Below are positions 42,021 to 57,960 of a stretch of DNA of 64,000 nt, in pieces (position 1 is the first letter of the stretch; the number at the start of each line of letters is the position of its first letter). The notes beneath the pieces were generated by a model. It was not told where the DNA came from. It saw only the letters and a list, made by a program, of their open reading frames with translations, and ran no database searches. This stretch comes from Pecten maximus. Taxonomy: Eukaryota. The stretch spans positions 34,844,001-34,908,000 of the forward strand of contig NC_047022.1 in NCBI RefSeq assembly GCF_902652985.1. Reading direction: 5' to 3'. Position numbers and translations under genes: made by a program.

Positions 42021-42450
42021 GTTAAGTTCGACTTGGCTGTGAGCTTTCCACGAGAGTTGTTGTCTTGGCTCTACATTTATTGCATTTTTGCCAGTGAAAT
42101 ATAGAAATGTATCGCACTAATAAAACTAATATTTTCACCCCAGCGATGAGCAGTGAAAATGTAAGATTTTGCAGTGAAAATATAAGCGAAGATAGATAAA
42201 TTGGTAATTTTGCTTTTTTTCTGAAATATTCAGACTAGTTTTTGACAAAATACTCATTTGACGTCAGCTATTCATGAACAGATTCTCCGAAAACGTTGAT
42301 CAGTCCTTTCAAAATGGCGCCAAGTTGACATGGAGTAACGTAAAAAAGAGATGACGTCATGAATTGTGTAACTGATTCCCGCACTTTTTGACACTGTTTC
42401 TCGATGTTTTTAATTTTGTTTTTAAGTTTATAAAATGCAATAAAAAGAAA

Positions 42451-42627
42451 ATTGAATGTTCCCGTTTAATATAACATATATTTCACTAGTATGACAGAAT
42501 ATTTCGATATTTTTCACTTGGTCTTCCCACTCGTGAAAATATCGATATTCTCAGAGACATATATATGTCTCTGATATTCTGTCATACGAGTGAGATATAT
42601 GTTATAGTAAACGGGAAACCATTCAAT
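42451..42627. repeat. Long hairpin of an unclassified repeat, containing a P-like footprint
   Basis: attgaatgttcccgttta...taaacgggaaaccattcaat inverted arms; related fragment at ~49060-49120. Confidence 0.7.
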
Positions 42628-43487
42628 ATCCTCTATTTATTGTTGCGAAGTCAAAACAAACACGTAATACTGTCATTGTTGTTTGATGAGGCATTATAGT
42701 GATAATGCAGTGAAAGTGGAAACATATATCAAAACAATAGGAAGGCGTATCGTTACATGAAATATCAATTATAAACATATCAAATTGGAAAATACTGTAA
42801 CAGTACAGACAAAATTTATTAAACTGCATCGTATAACTGATTCCTCATTTTAGGAATCGTCAGTGATTCATTTTAATTAAAGTATAACCGTTCTTGTAAT
42901 AATCAGTAGTACACCTATTCAGCAATAATAGGCGTACATATTCAAACATTCAAACAAGTGTTGCATGCATTAATCCAAAATTATGACATGTTGATATTGC
43001 AGCCAGAATATATTTCACCTGTAATTTGATACTGATAATTACAATTTTCATTGTCTTAATAAAAATGTTAGCGGTCCATAACGAAAACAATAACGATGGC
43101 GTTTGTAACGTCGTTTTTGAGTGGCTGATACAGCGGCGTAAAAAAAAATGCAAAGAGAAAAGAGTTCATAAAAAGTTAAATTAAATACTAAATATGATGT
43201 TCCGACCCTTGTCAAGGATAATTGATATAAGTTCGGACCTTGTCTTTTTCACTCTGGGGCATAGGAAAGCGTTAAAGCCCCTGTGCGTGTACGAAAATGT
43301 ACAAGGTAGTGCATCATGTGTGACTAATTAGCGCATTTACGCATGGACATACATTTGTATAGGCAATATACAATTAAGACAATTATGACTTTAATCGACA
43401 ACACCGTTAAAATAATATTACTACTGAATATAGGAATTCAAAGTGACATTATGTACGAACAAACAAAAGACCAACTCTGGTCTCATA

Positions 43488-43945
43488 TAACGAACAAAAC
43501 ATAGCTTATGATACTTTGTAATATCACAAAGTATTATACCAATTAACATTTAACGAACAAAACATAGCTTATGATACTTTGTAATATCACAAATTATTAT
43601 ACCAATTAACATTTAACGAACAAAACATAGCTTATGATACTTTGTAATATCACAAATTATTATACCAATTAACATTTAACGAACAACACATAACTTATGA
43701 CACTTTCCAATGACAAATGATCATACAAACATTTAACAAACAAAACATAGCTTTTGATACCTTGTAATATGACAAATGATCATAAAAACATTTAACGAAA
43801 AAAACATAACTTATGATAACTTATGACTTATTAAATGTTTGTGTGATAATTTGTCACATTACAAGTAATGTGACAAATTATCACACAAACATTTAACGAA
43901 CAAAACATAACTTATGATATCCTGCAATGTGACAAATTATGATAC
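43488..43945. repeat. 63 bp minisatellite
   Basis: cgaacaaaacatagcttatgatac at 43491, 43554, 43617, then degenerate copies. Confidence 0.9.
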
Positions 43946-44319
43946 AGACTACCATCTAAGGATCTTTCGATATGAAACAATTATTAGAAGTAAAACTATA
44001 GAACTGATAACTATCAACGAGGCAATTTATATTAGAATGAACATCGCCAGCAGCATTACGTAAATATCTCTGATATATAATCAGAGCTGCTGCAATTCGG
44101 GTAAAAATATCTTTTTAAAAATCAGCGCTTATTATCATAAGCAACGCTGGTGCAACACAAAATTATATCACAATGTACATAATGGGCGCTCCTGCCATGG
44201 ATTAAACAAGCACAAGCTATTAAAAAAGTAGTATAAAGTAATATCATAATCAGCGCTGTTGCCATTTATATAACAAATTATATAACATATTTAACATTGG
44301 TGTAATTAATGACACTATT

Positions 44320-44990
44320 TAAATTATATCATAATCAGCGCTGGCGTCATTATTGAAACAAAATTTACGACATAATCAGTGCTGGTGTCCTAGCTTGTTG
44401 TAATACAATTTATGATATAGTCAGTGCTGGTGTCATTATAGTAACACAATTTATGACATAATCAGTGCTGGTGTCATTATTGTAACACAATTTATGACAA
44501 AATCAGCGATGGTGTCATTATTGTAACACAATTTATGACATAATCAGTGCTGGTGTCATTATTGTAATACAATTTATGACATAATCAGTGCTGGTGTCAT
44601 TATTGTAACACAATTTATGACAAAATCAGCGATGGTGTCATTATTGTAACACAATTTATGACATAATCAGTGCTGGTGTCATTATTGTAATACAATTTAT
44701 GATATAATCAGCGCTGGTGTCATTATTGTAACACAATTTATGACATAATCAATGCTGGTGTCATTATTGTAACACACTTTATGACATAATCAGTGCTGGT
44801 GTCATAATTGTAACACAATTTATGACATAATCAGAGCTGGTGTCATTATTGTAATACAATTTATGATATAATCATTATTATAACACAATTTATGGCATAA
44901 CAAAATTAATTACATAACCAGCGTTGGTGTCATTATTATAACAATATTAATTTCGTAACCAGCGTTGGGTTCATTAATGAAACAAATTAT
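44320..44990. repeat. 41 bp minisatellite
   Basis: Unit cataatcagtgctggtgtcattattgtaacacaatttatga. Confidence 0.95.
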
Positions 44991-45459
44991 ATTACAATAA
45001 TCGACCTTGATATATTAATGTAACAAATCTAGTTGCAAAAATAGCTTTGGTGTCATTGTGACAAATTTTATTATAACCAACAAAACATCAGCTTTGTTTT
45101 TATTGCAAATGTCAGATCATATCACAGGTCCATTCAATGTATCTCAACTGTATAAGACACAGTGTGTGAGAAGCAAAACACCTACTTAATAAATTAACAC
45201 TTAACTATAACTTGATTTCACATAAAATTACATATATTTTGTATGTAAAACAGTAAATGAAACAACAATCCTGTTGTTCAACATAGCATACATTCATTGC
45301 TTGGTGCTTCTATAATCAACAAATCTTTAAATGTACAGAAAATAAACTAGGTATCCTTATAAACCAATAAGAAGTATACATCATTGCTTTAAAACAATAT
45401 GGATCCTTATAAGCAAAAGTAAAGTATCTAAGATCCTTACAAATTCTTGCTGGTAATGT

Positions 45460-45689
45460 GTCGTCTGCTACGGATTGAGTGAAGAATTGTGGGTCGATAT
45501 ACGACTCGCATGTATGCCCGCTAACGGTACCAATGAAATAACATTCATTGTCCAATGGAAACACCGTATAATGCGTCCATGTTAATGTCCGTTGCTAGCA
45601 CATATAGATCCGTGTTTCTAATTGACATTATTCACTAACAATTTTGAGTCGAGGAAAGGTGGCTGTCTAGCAAGATCAGAAAAATAGAG
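45460..45689 (+). promoter_or_regulatory. Putative promoter and non-coding first exon of LC8 copy 3
   Basis: GTCGTCTGCTA 45460, CGATATACGACTC 45495, CCAAT 45530 and 45552, GCGTCCATG 45573, GTTGCTA 45591, donor GAG|GTAAGT at 45690. Confidence 0.75.
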
Positions 45690-46700
45690 GTAAGTTAAGT
45701 GTCGCTTGTTTATCATATTTATAATCTGTATTACTGACTATTTTCCCTGTTTTGTGTATATACTACATGTTTTATGGTCGAAGCACATGTGGCGGAATGC
45801 TGTCTGCTGTATGTTTTCTATGGCTGATATATGCCGCCAATAAACTAAACAAGAAACAAATAGACATATTCACAGTTTAGAAATATGTATAGTTTTCGGT
45901 TTACTTAATTGTTATCTTGACAGTAATTTCTTTTCAAATAAATGAAATGAATGATGTGAAAAATCTGCCGAAATATCGGCACTGTGTACAAGGAAATGAA
46001 AAGGTCATGGGTCATTAAATTCTAAAAAGGCCGATATTATGTAATGTCTTCGATACCATGATCATCATTTCGACGAACATCTGCGTAGTCATGTTTAAGT
46101 GAAATTTTACATCGTATAAACTGATGGATTTAGATGTGCTTTGTTTATTTGTAGTGTGTGTAGTGAATTTGTAGTGTTTACATTCCATACATCGGCGGGA
46201 TAAAACGCATATAATTATTCCAATTGGCGTTCATAGCTATTTTCAGTTAACGCGGTCAATTATAATACACATTAAATTAACGTAATCATGTAAAAGGAAT
46301 TCACATATGTATTGTCGTCATTAGCAACCACAAACGATAGGGGGTGTGTGTGTGTGTAATGTTTGCATACACTACCAGAAATAGCCAACTAAGTTTGTAG
46401 TTATAATAATATAAAGAATGTCGTTTCCGAAGTTTCATATCATTGAGGCATATTACTTTGCCCCGATTCCTTCCGCTGCCGCTATATAGATTAAAAGTTT
46501 TCAGTAAGATTTTTAAGGTCATTTTTTGGGGTCCAAATGAAGCGGGGAACGATATATAGATTTTAATAGTAATTGTTGTATTGTTTTTTGTTTAAAAAAA
46601 TCGCCATTCCCACTAAAAATCGAATTCCAGCATGCAAGATACAGATTTCTCCCAAGAACTATTTCTGACGGTACGATCCACCACGACATACATTGTATAG

Positions 46701-47225
<525 letters not shown>

Positions 47226-48333
47226 GCATCAGTATTGACTTTTAACACACTTCCTGACAATCAAGATGCATGGAAGAGATACACGGCCGTTAAGAGTACG
47301 TCAAACAAATTATGCCAACGACCGACTGCCACCACCGAATTGACTCCAATATCGTATATGTTGCTTGACCAAAGACTGTTTCATTATAGACTCTGTAGAA
47401 ATGGTTGCTTACTATTTATTTTACAAGAAAATATGTTTCTATTGTTTACTTGCATTTGTTAAATATACATGTTTACACAGAGAAAACGGTTGCTGATATA
47501 TGTTGTTATTATTATTATAAAATGTCTGGAACACTTTGTCCAGCTAAACAGCATTAAAATAAAGATACTGAGATGGAATCATTACCGTGTTTACTCGTGT
47601 GTATAAAACGGGGAGATTCATTTTAAGGATGAAGGGATTTACCCATGCAAGAACCTGTTCACTTTAGCTTATATTCTACCGCTAGAGTAGTACCATGTAA
47701 AAACATTGCCTCTCAGGCGACGACTCCATAGGCATATATCGCAGTGAAACCTCTACATCATGTACCTATTTAGATGGGACTCGTAGAATTTCTGGGCAAA
47801 GCTAAATTTGACTTTGTGGGACTCGTTGTTTTTGAAAATATTTTGAAATGGAAACGATCGATCTATCCCCGCCCTATTTTGCATTGTATTATAATGAGTT
47901 CAGGTTTACACATTCGTTTACATGCCGACATTCGCCGGTGTTGGGTGTGATCTTCGGTCTGGAGCATAATCGTGTAAAGAGGTCCGTTTGAAGAAGGAGC
48001 TGATGTAAGCCCGACGTTGGCGTTTGATTTCTCATATTAACATTTTGGTCAAAGCGTTGAAATGCATATTGATATTGGGTATAAGGGTCCCTGCAGGCTT
48101 ATACTATCCTCTCCTGGGATCGAACTTTTGGTTTGATTGGGAAAAACCTGCCTTTTGACATATTATGGATAGGACAAATAGTTTTTGGTGTAAGTGTTGA
48201 AAGTCATTAACACATTTCTGGACACTATTCTGGAATTAAGAGTTACAACCACATTTTCGGTGAACAAATTTTACAACCATAAAGCCTTGGGTAGCAGAAG
48301 CAAAGCTAGTGTCCATGATAATACTGAAGTGCG

Positions 48334-48473
48334 TCTCTCGGCAGCAAAAATGTCGTGGATCATAATTCATAATTATAAAGTTCCATAGGACGTCAGTTTG
48401 ATTCTCTCGGCAGCAAAAATGTCGTGGATCATAATTCATAATTATAAAGTTCCATAGGACGTCAGTTTGATTC
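48334..48473. repeat. Exact 69 bp tandem duplication
   Basis: tctctcggcagcaaaaatgtcgtgg...cagtttgat occurs twice. Confidence 0.9.
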
Positions 48474-49305
48474 GAGACGCAAGCTGTACAGAAGCCAATG
48501 CATGCTTTTCCGACTTCCTTTTACTTAGCTATTTGTTGTTATTTTCACTGACAGTACTTTTGTTTATCATTTTATTTTTATCGGCTTTAAATCCTGCTAT
48601 CATACTGGGCCGAAGTAATTATCTAGTTTCCAATATCAAAAGAAATATTACCATTTATTAGGCTCTACACAAGAAGTCCATATCTTATCCAATGCACATA
48701 TCGCCACACAAGAAGTGGCGTTTCACACCTTAACGTGGTATAGATAGATTACATTGGTCGAACAATGGATGAAGACGGGAAATTGGCTCACTTTGTCGAC
48801 ACTTTTTGTCTAGGTGATTTCACCACAATAAAATGTATAAAAGTCTCTCTTTACTTATCCAACCATCCATAATTCTGTCACTGGAAAACAAGTATCCGTA
48901 AATTAAAAAGATTCCCTTATCCAATAAAAAACGACAAAGATAATTGGTCATACTATATTTTACTATGATAATATTTTAAATCATCAGCAGATTCACAAAA
49001 CACATGTATCCTGCTAATGTATATATTTCTGTTGTGGTATGTTCATATTTTATAAATACAGGACATTGAATGATTTCCCGTTCAATATAGGCATATATTT
49101 CACGAGTGTGACAGAATATCCGAGGAATCGGCAGATTTCAATGCAATAAAAATGCAATAGATACAAAATGTAATGCCCTGCGGGTGACTAGGGCGAAAGA
49201 ATTGAACCTGTTGTCATGACCATAGCCAGAGACATATATACTGTATATATGTCTCTGCCATAGCTGTTGATAGGACGTTAAACGACACAAAATCTAACTT
49301 TATAG

Positions 49306-50224
49306 CAGAGACATATATAGAGAGATTGGCTGCTCTCTATTTGCCCCCAATGTCTACGTGTTGGCCCCTGACCTTCCCACCATCCTTTGCGGTCGCTCGG
49401 TTCAGTCTTAACCTGACGCCATATTGGAGAAAACTTGAAAACCAGACACATAATTATCGATAATTTCTATTTGAAATCATCACCCAGATCAAATGATGTG
49501 CTTTGATTTTATTAATATCAAAATGCAGAAGTGTCATCAATATGAAATATATCACAATTTGCTGTCAAAGTGTTTGAGTATAAAAGTCAAGCACACGGCA
49601 GGGAAGATCGGCGGGAATCTCCAATTTTCGAAAAGTCCCTATAGGGTTTTCGAAAATACGGACAATGACTACAATGTGCATGATAAACAAGACCATATCC
49701 CATAAGTATGATCGTTTTTGGATAATGAAGTAACTTTTGTAGTGCCCTACATAAAACGATGTGCTTTTTGTTTGCGTTTAAAATTGACGATGTTTTGGTC
49801 TGACGTAATGGCGGCTTAATTACAAAACTAGGATATGTCGAATAGGACCCAATGGATTTTCGAAAAAATACGGATTAATGACAACAATATGCATGATCAA
49901 CAAAACTTTATCCCATAAGTATGATAGTTTTTGGATAATGAAGTAACTTTTGTAGTGGCCTAAATAAAACGATGTGCTTTTTGTGTGTATTTAAAATTGA
50001 CGATGTTTTGGTCTGACGTAATGGCGGATTAGCCAGAACATGTCAAATAAGTTCCAGTACATCGATACACACATGCGCAAAGCCCGATTAACCTGTGCTC
50101 GCGTGTGTTTGATAGGGGACAGGGCGCTCTCGATAAGTGATATGCTTGAGTGGTCACGAATAAAGGGAGCCACCACTTGTACGGGAAAATAGCGATGTTT
50201 CTTATTTCTGTATATATGTCTCTG
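49306..50224. mobile_element. P-like non-autonomous element
   Basis: TIR CAGAGACATATATA...TATATATGTCTCTG; no TSD (abuts a truncated related element); internal direct duplication. Confidence 0.75.
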
Positions 50225-52498
50225 GTCAGACGTTTAGAAAATACTTTATTTTCTATTAGAAAACGGGCACTTTCACGGGATGGGGGGACACAAATTAACA
50301 CGCTACTAAGTGATGGATCACACCATTTTATATATTAGAAAAAGGACACTTTCAACACAATACTTATTAATTTGCCATAAAATTGATTCATTGTGAATGT
50401 TAAAATGCGTTTGCTTGTTGCGTCCTGTGCCACCCGGTATGTACGTTAATTGAGCACCTCCAGCTAGATGTCACCATATTAACACCCCCAACCCAAACCC
50501 AACCCCAACCCCCTCCGGCCATGGACGGTTTTACCTACAGCTTATACATATATCTTCAATGCCGCTACAGGTAGGACTGTGATCTAAAGTTCTCTGGCCG
50601 CAGTTCAAAGGAACCTTGCAACTTACCTGTGATAAAATTCACAACTTACCTGGCTGTGATCGGGTGACATGTTGACAAACAAATAATCTGTATTTGTATA
50701 ATTGTCTGTAGCCAATTTCAGCGGTATTATCAAGCAGGGACATTCATATCTGATATGTCCCTTTATCAAGTAAATATTAAGGAACATAAAATGTCAAACT
50801 TTTCAGGAAAATCAAAACCAGGAATAATATCCATAGAAAAAAATATTAGGAGAAAGATCCTATGGTCGGTTAATTTATGTACACTTTGCCATAGTAAAAA
50901 TATTATCTGTTTTAATGTCTCAAACTATGACAGTAAAAACTTAGATTTTTAGCCAACCATCATCAGATGGTGGGCTATTCAAATCGCCCTGCGTCCGTAG
51001 TCCGTAGTCCGTCCGTCCGTCCGTCCGTCCGTCCGCCCGTAAACAATTCTTGTTATCGCTATTTCTCAGAAAGTACTGAAGGGATCTTTCTCAAATTTCA
51101 TATGTTGATTTCCCTCGGTGCCTAGTTATGCATATTGTGTTTTGAGATTTTGACAATTGAAGATTGTTATTGCTATATCTCAGAAAGTACTGAAGGGATC
51201 TTTCTCAAATTTCATATGTAGGTTTCCCTTGGTACCTAGTTATGCATATTGCGTTTTGAGACTAAACGGAAAACAACATGGCCGACAGGCAGCCATCTTG
51301 GATTTTGACAATTGAAGTTTGTTATCACTATTTCTAAGAAAGTATTTAAGGGATCTTTCTCAAATTTCATATGTAAGTTTCCCTTGGTGGCTAGTTATGG
51401 ATATTGCGTTTTGAGACAAATCGGAAAACAACATGGCCGACAAGCAGCCATCTTGGATTTTGACAATTGAATTTTGTTATCACTATTTCTGAGAAAGTAT
51501 CTAAGGGATCTTTCTCAAATTTCATATGTAAGTTTCCCTTGGTGCCTAGTTATGCATATTGCATTTTGACACCAATCTGAAAATAACATGGCCGACAGGC
51601 AGCCATCTTGGATTTTGACAATTGAAGTTTGTTATCGCTATTTCTGAAAAAGTACTGAAGGGATCTTTCTCAAATTTCACATGTAGGTTCCCCTTGGTGC
51701 TTAGTTATGCATATTGCGTTTTGAGACCAATCTGAAAACAACATGGCCGACCGGCAGCCATCTTGTATTTTGACAATTGAAGTTTGTTATCACTATTTCT
51801 GAGAAAGTATTTAAGGAATCTTTCTCAAATTTCATATGTAAGTTTCCCTTGGTGGCTAGTTATGCATATTGCATTTTGAGACCAATCTGAAAATAACATG
51901 GCCGACAGGCAGCCATCTTGGATTTTGACAATTGAAGTTTGTTATCGCTATTTCTGAGAAAGTACTGAAGGGATCTTTCTCAAATTTTATATGTAGGTTC
52001 CCCTTGGTCCCCTGTATTGCTTTTTTGGACCAGTCTGTCCTGAAAACAACCTGGCAAACAAACAGCCATTATCGTTAAATATCAAATTTCTTATATAGCT
52101 TTAGGATTCCCTTGTTTGAAAAGTACTGGAGGGATGTCTCAATTTGCACAGATTAGTAAAAGGAAGGGGAAAATAGAGAGAAGATTAATCTGACATAGAA
52201 CCTATAAAGATCATTCAATGGTGGGCACCAAGATCCCTCTGGGATCTCTTGTTTGTTTTGTTACACCCGGCGATTTTAGGTAAAATTTATCTGAACAAGA
52301 CAGTAGTAATTGATATTATTTACAGTATTTACAGCCCGTCACTGTGTCACTGGACGATCTGAGCCTTGATCTAACACTAGGTTCAGTGTTAGGCGCAGGC
52401 GTACAGCCAAATCTCGCGACACAAAGCTTCCGCTCCAGATAACAAAAAGGACATGCGTGATGTAGCGAGACTTACCTATCCTTCGAATCTCTGGTATA
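50225..52498. mobile_element. Truncated second copy of the 37526-41760 element
   Basis: Matches ~38198-38667, 41029-41515 and 41520-41750; interrupted by a HINE. Confidence 0.8.
50949..52253 (+). mobile_element. Complete HINE with (GTCC)n and ~155 bp tandem units
   Basis: 5' TTAGCCAACCATC hairpin, GTCC microsatellite, about six units, 3' gatccctctgggatc palindrome plus TT; inserted in a T-run that is empty in the other host copy. Confidence 0.9.
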
Positions 52499-52847
52499 AA
52501 ACTATGCCGTTTATCTTTTTTAAAGATATTTCTTGTTATATATGAATCTTGGATGAAATATTTTATATTATTACCATTTTTCATTGTTATTATCTATAGC
52601 AGTTTTGTGCAATATGCTCGTTTTTAATGCCACTTAAAGTATAAAATAAATGGAACTATCCAATCTGTCACGGTGGTCAAACTGTTATAATAGTCTGACC
52701 AACACCTGTACATGTAAAGTGTATATAGATACTTGCGCTGTGCATTGTGTATAATGTTTGTACAAGTCCCTGTGTCGTATAATGTCCTATGTACCTGTGT
52801 ATATAGTTGTTTTGGTGACGTATGCTACCTGTGTTAAAGTGCGCATT

Positions 52848-53062
52848 GTCGTCTGCTATTGACTGAGTGAAGGCTTATGGGACGATATACGACTCTAATA
52901 CATACCTTTAATACCGCCAATCAAGTAGCATTTTCTGACCAATGATACCTTTGCGTATGGCGTCCTTAGTTCCATGTTACTACCCTTCATAAGTCTGCAT
53001 TGACTTTGTTTGAACAAAATCACACATCGAAGAAGTTGTTTGTTAGAAGAACGCACATACAG
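52848..53062 (+). promoter_or_regulatory. Putative promoter and non-coding first exon of LC8 copy 4
   Basis: GTCGTCTGCTA 52848, CGATATACGACTC 52883, CCAAT 52917 and 52939, GCGTCC 52960, GTTACTA 52976, donor CAG|GTATTT at 53063. Confidence 0.7.
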
Positions 53063-54465
53063 GTATTTATATATATATATTTTTTTATTTTTGTTTCAGC
53101 AAACTTATCATTTGCACGTCCATCACATATCATAATTTTGTGGTAATATATAATTTGTAACAGGTGTTTTCTCATTTACTTAATGTCAAATAAGATTTCG
53201 CTTAACATATAATTTTAGCATTACATATAATTAAAATTATATGTTTCTGGTTATATGTTAGCAGTATAACCATCGTAATGCTATTTTACTGACACCATGT
53301 TTAATTTGATACCGTGGTCATACATCCTTACGTACTTGGAACATCGTTGCCATTGGTGACGGAATACCATACCGTTGAGCGGAAAATTCAAAGTAGTAAC
53401 TTCATGTCAACAGGTAATTCAAATAAAAAATGATCCGAGCAAGGATTTCAATACGTCGACACAATATGTATATTTCTATAGATTTTCTTATACCGGTTTA
53501 TCGTAATACCTTTTTAGGCAATTATTTCTTTACAAATATTACATAACAATCTGGATTGGATTTTAAAACAATCCTTTGGTAGTTTTGGTATTTTAAGCAA
53601 GTGTAAAATGGTAATGTTTTCGAAACATTCATGTCCCCTCTCTTTTGCGAGGACGATCAACCCTATATAAATATTTAATTTAGTAACTAACATAACAGGG
53701 ACATACATATAATATAGTATAAATAGTACATGTATTAATAATAAAATATTTTATTTACGTGTCACATATTTCACAACATTTTTTTCACAGAACTCAACAA
53801 ACATACTTGTAAAACATGCCCAGCCTAAATTGACTTACGAGACACTTAAGCTCCGGAACATATTATTGTACATAAACATGCAAATATAGAACCTATACAC
53901 GAGGGTGGGAGACGTGCAAGAGTGGTTGGGCCAATCCCTACCGACAAATTGCACAACCCTAATCCTCGTCATCATAACATCAATTTGATAAATTATAAAA
54001 TACAATACTTTACAGAATATTTGTGACAAGTCGCCTTACCATCACCAATACATCAATCGGAACACATTAATTACAGATAAAATACATAATATGTAGCAGT
54101 TGTATCACAGTCTACAACGTCTCCTTTTCATAAAAAGGAAGATTGACCGAGCTAAAAGAGGTTGCAGCGATTCGTAATAAAAATAAATTTATCTTTGCAA
54201 TTCAAGGAAACAAATGAATCATCTAAAGTACTTGCTTTCGCAAAAAGAAAGGAACAGAATAAAAATTACATTCACATAAAAAATGGATTTCGTTTTCTAT
54301 TTTAAAATTACAAAATTTACACAACCTATTGTTTAATGGGATGATAGGACGTGTAAATCTATCCGTCTCTATTTGGAGCGATAAGCTGCCACTTCTTAAC
54401 TTAGCTAATAAGCTACGGCGTGGTCTTAGTATTAAACTAGTGACGTAAGACTCTAATCATAAATG

Positions 54466-55463
54466 TTTTATACCCCCGCAACGAAGTTAGGGGGGTATAC
54501 TGGAATCAGGTTGTCTGTCCGTCCGTCTGTCTGTAGACGCATTTTGTCCGGACAACTCCTCCTAAACCGATGGGCCAATTCCGATGAAACTTCACACAAA
54601 TATTAATGATCATGTGTAGATGTGCATGCCATTTTATTTTTCTCAAAATTATGGTTGCTATGGCAACTGGTCACTATAAACAGGGTTTCCGATAAGAACC
54701 ATAACTTTAAGTTTGTCCGGACAACTCCTCCTGAACTAAATGGCCAATTTCAATGAAACTTCACACAAATATAGAGGACCATGTGTAGATGGGCATGCCA
54801 CTTTTTTTTCAAAATTATGGTTGCTATGGCAACTGGTCACTATAAACAGGTTTTCTGATAAGAACCATAACTTTTTTTTTAAAGTTTGTCCGGACAACTA
54901 AACCGAAGGGCCGATTTCAATGAAACTTCACACAAATATAGAGGACCATGTGTAGATGTGCATGCCTATTTATTTTTCTCCAAATTATGGTTGCTATGGC
55001 AACTGGTCACTATAAACAGGTTTTCCTATAAGAACCATAACTTTTTAAGATTGTCCGGACAACTCCTTCTAAACGAAATGGCCAATTTCAATGAAACTTA
55101 ACACAAATATAGAGGACCATGTGTAAATCTGTATGCCACTTTCTTTTTTTTTTCAAAATTATGGTTGCTATGGCAACTGGTCACTATAAACAGGTTTTCT
55201 GATAAGAACCATAACTTTAAGTTTGTCCGGACAACTCCTCCTAAACCGAAGGGCCGAATTCAATGAAATTTTACACAAATATAGAGGACCGTGTATAGAT
55301 GTGCATGCCACTTCATTTTTTTTTCAAAATTATGGTTGCTATGGCAACTGGTCACTATATTAATGGGTTATCTTAGTTAGCCTCTAATTAACAGTTCCAA
55401 TTCACCATTGACTCGTGAAGATTGCGGGGGTATTAGTCAGCCATCCTGGCGACAGTTCTAGTT
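54466..55463 (+). mobile_element. Complete HINE/DINE-1-like element with ~170 bp units, in the LC8 copy 4 intron
   Basis: 5' TTTTATACCCCCGC, GTCY microsatellite, five units, 3' GCGGGGGTAT subterminal inverted repeat and hairpin. Confidence 0.88.
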
Positions 55464-55754
55464 AAAAAAATAAATAATCGGTATGTCCTTAACTTATTTC
55501 CGTTAGTGTTATCTTTATCACACCAGAGGCCGGAAAACCACACCTCTTCATCAACTTGGCGCACCTTTTGTTTGATTTTTAACATAACGGATTTGGTTGA
55601 ATTAGAAGCATCATTTATAATATTGGTGATTCAGCTTCAGGTGATACCATATTTACTAGCTAGCTTTTTAGCTCGTGAATACCATGATTTGCCTTTCCTT
55701 AAATGTATGTACATTCCTGATTTCGTAGGTGTTACAGGCCAATGCAAATTATAA

Positions 55755-56087
<333 letters not shown>

Positions 56088-56552
56088 ACATCACGAATTG
56101 ACTGTTTCATTTCCATTCGTCCTGAACCAAGAATCATTTGAACAGATGAACAAAAGTGTCCTCAAGTCATTACTTGGAATTGAAGTTGACAATTCTATAA
56201 AACGAGTCAAAAGCATTATTAAATGACCTTTGAGCCACATTGGCCAGATGTTAGTGCGACTCAAAGGACGTGTATTAAAAAACAATACGTTATACCTCAC
56301 GATGAAATTGGTGTAACAATAATTTTCTCTCTTTTTATATGTTTTGTTAATATATTTATATGCATTGTTGAATATAAAACACACGTTTACACATATTTTG
56401 TTTGTTTTTATATGAAACAAATCAGAAGACAATTCGTAGCGGTATACAATAAACCATACAGCACGACCAAAATAACAATTTATATGGAAACGCCCGGTTC
56501 TTTATGATCATGTTGAAACTACCATTCTACACTTCGCGCGAGTAACAAAATA

Positions 56553-57147
56553 CCGTATAGCCGGTTATAATTAGTTTTGCAGGTTAAATATTTCGCGATT
56601 TTTTTTACAAACGAAATGATTCAATTTTAACGAATTATAATTCCAAGATCTGGTTGTAAGACGATATATAATTTTCGCGAATATGGACCCAATGTTGAAT
56701 AACGAAGTGTTTGATACGCGAGGCTTTGTCAAAATTTCTGTTGCACTAGTAACAACTCTCATCTGTTTGGGTTTGCTATATACTTTTCAGTAGACTTTTG
56801 TTCTGAATGCATTACAGGTATGTTCAGCGAGAAGCTCGAAGATTTATGCTTATAAACCCAATCATTCTGTATAACCATGATATTCTGTTGTATCATTAAC
56901 AAATCATGTCCTGCGCAGTAAATGTTGTTTTGAACAAGTATAATTATCGATACATTCTTGGATGATTGAAATCGGCTAATGGCAGTACAATATGACGACA
57001 GTTTTAATCGAAGTGTACCTGTATATATTTCGCGAATAATATTAACCCGTGTTTTATTATTTCAAATATCAAATGTTCGCGACTTCGCCAATTGCTCATG
57101 CACGATATAGCGAGCATATCATTCCCGCGAAAATTACCGGCTATACC
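56553..57147. mobile_element. Tc1/mariner-like MITE
   Basis: ta-ccgtatagccggt ... accggctatac; ttcgcga subterminal motifs. Confidence 0.55.
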
Positions 57148-57960
57148 TTTATATTCAGACGTCAATATAAAGGTAGTTTAAAAGAGGTTATTACGTTTTA
57201 GCTTGAAACTGACATCTTTTAGTCTCCATCAGCCTATTATAAAGTCTTTTATCCATTTGAATATTAAAGTATAAATTATTGTAAAATATTATGTCCCTCT
57301 CCATAGAGATGTTTCTTTTCTTAGAAGGATTTGAGAGAGTAGATATTGAGATATGTACATGTGTATACTCAGAACTCGTGGTGATTTCATTTCAACATAT
57401 TTTATTGTATAACATTTATACAAATGGGTTAGACAGCAGGCTCGTGGTGATTAATTCAGTGTTTTTCGAACCCCTATAACGATTCCTTGTGTCGGAACCG
57501 TTTGTCGATAGTGATAGATATTTTCTTCTTTTACAAAATACTGAACTATTCCCCGATGACCAAGCTCAACGATGTCCATCTTTTTGGAACAAAATCACCT
57601 GGCAAAGAAAGTTCACTTATGTGTGAAAATAAAATAAACAGAAAAAAACAACTTACTAGTGCATAACTTACACAGACAATCCTCTCATCGAAGTATACAT
57701 TACATTGTAAACAGTCTTAAACTTGCTGAAGTGATCTTTGTGAAAATGATAGTTGCAGTCTCGATAAAGCTAATGTTCGGGGATGTAGGGAACCCAGTGA
57801 TGATTATACAGATTCCGGGACGCTGAGATATCTTGCAAATCAGCAGGAAACACATTGCGATGAGGGTTCGTTTAGTCTTAAAATATCTAAAATACCTGTT
57901 AAGGTCAGTCAGTGTAGTGGTATATGTGAGAGCAATCTATGGCAAGAATTGTAAACAAGA

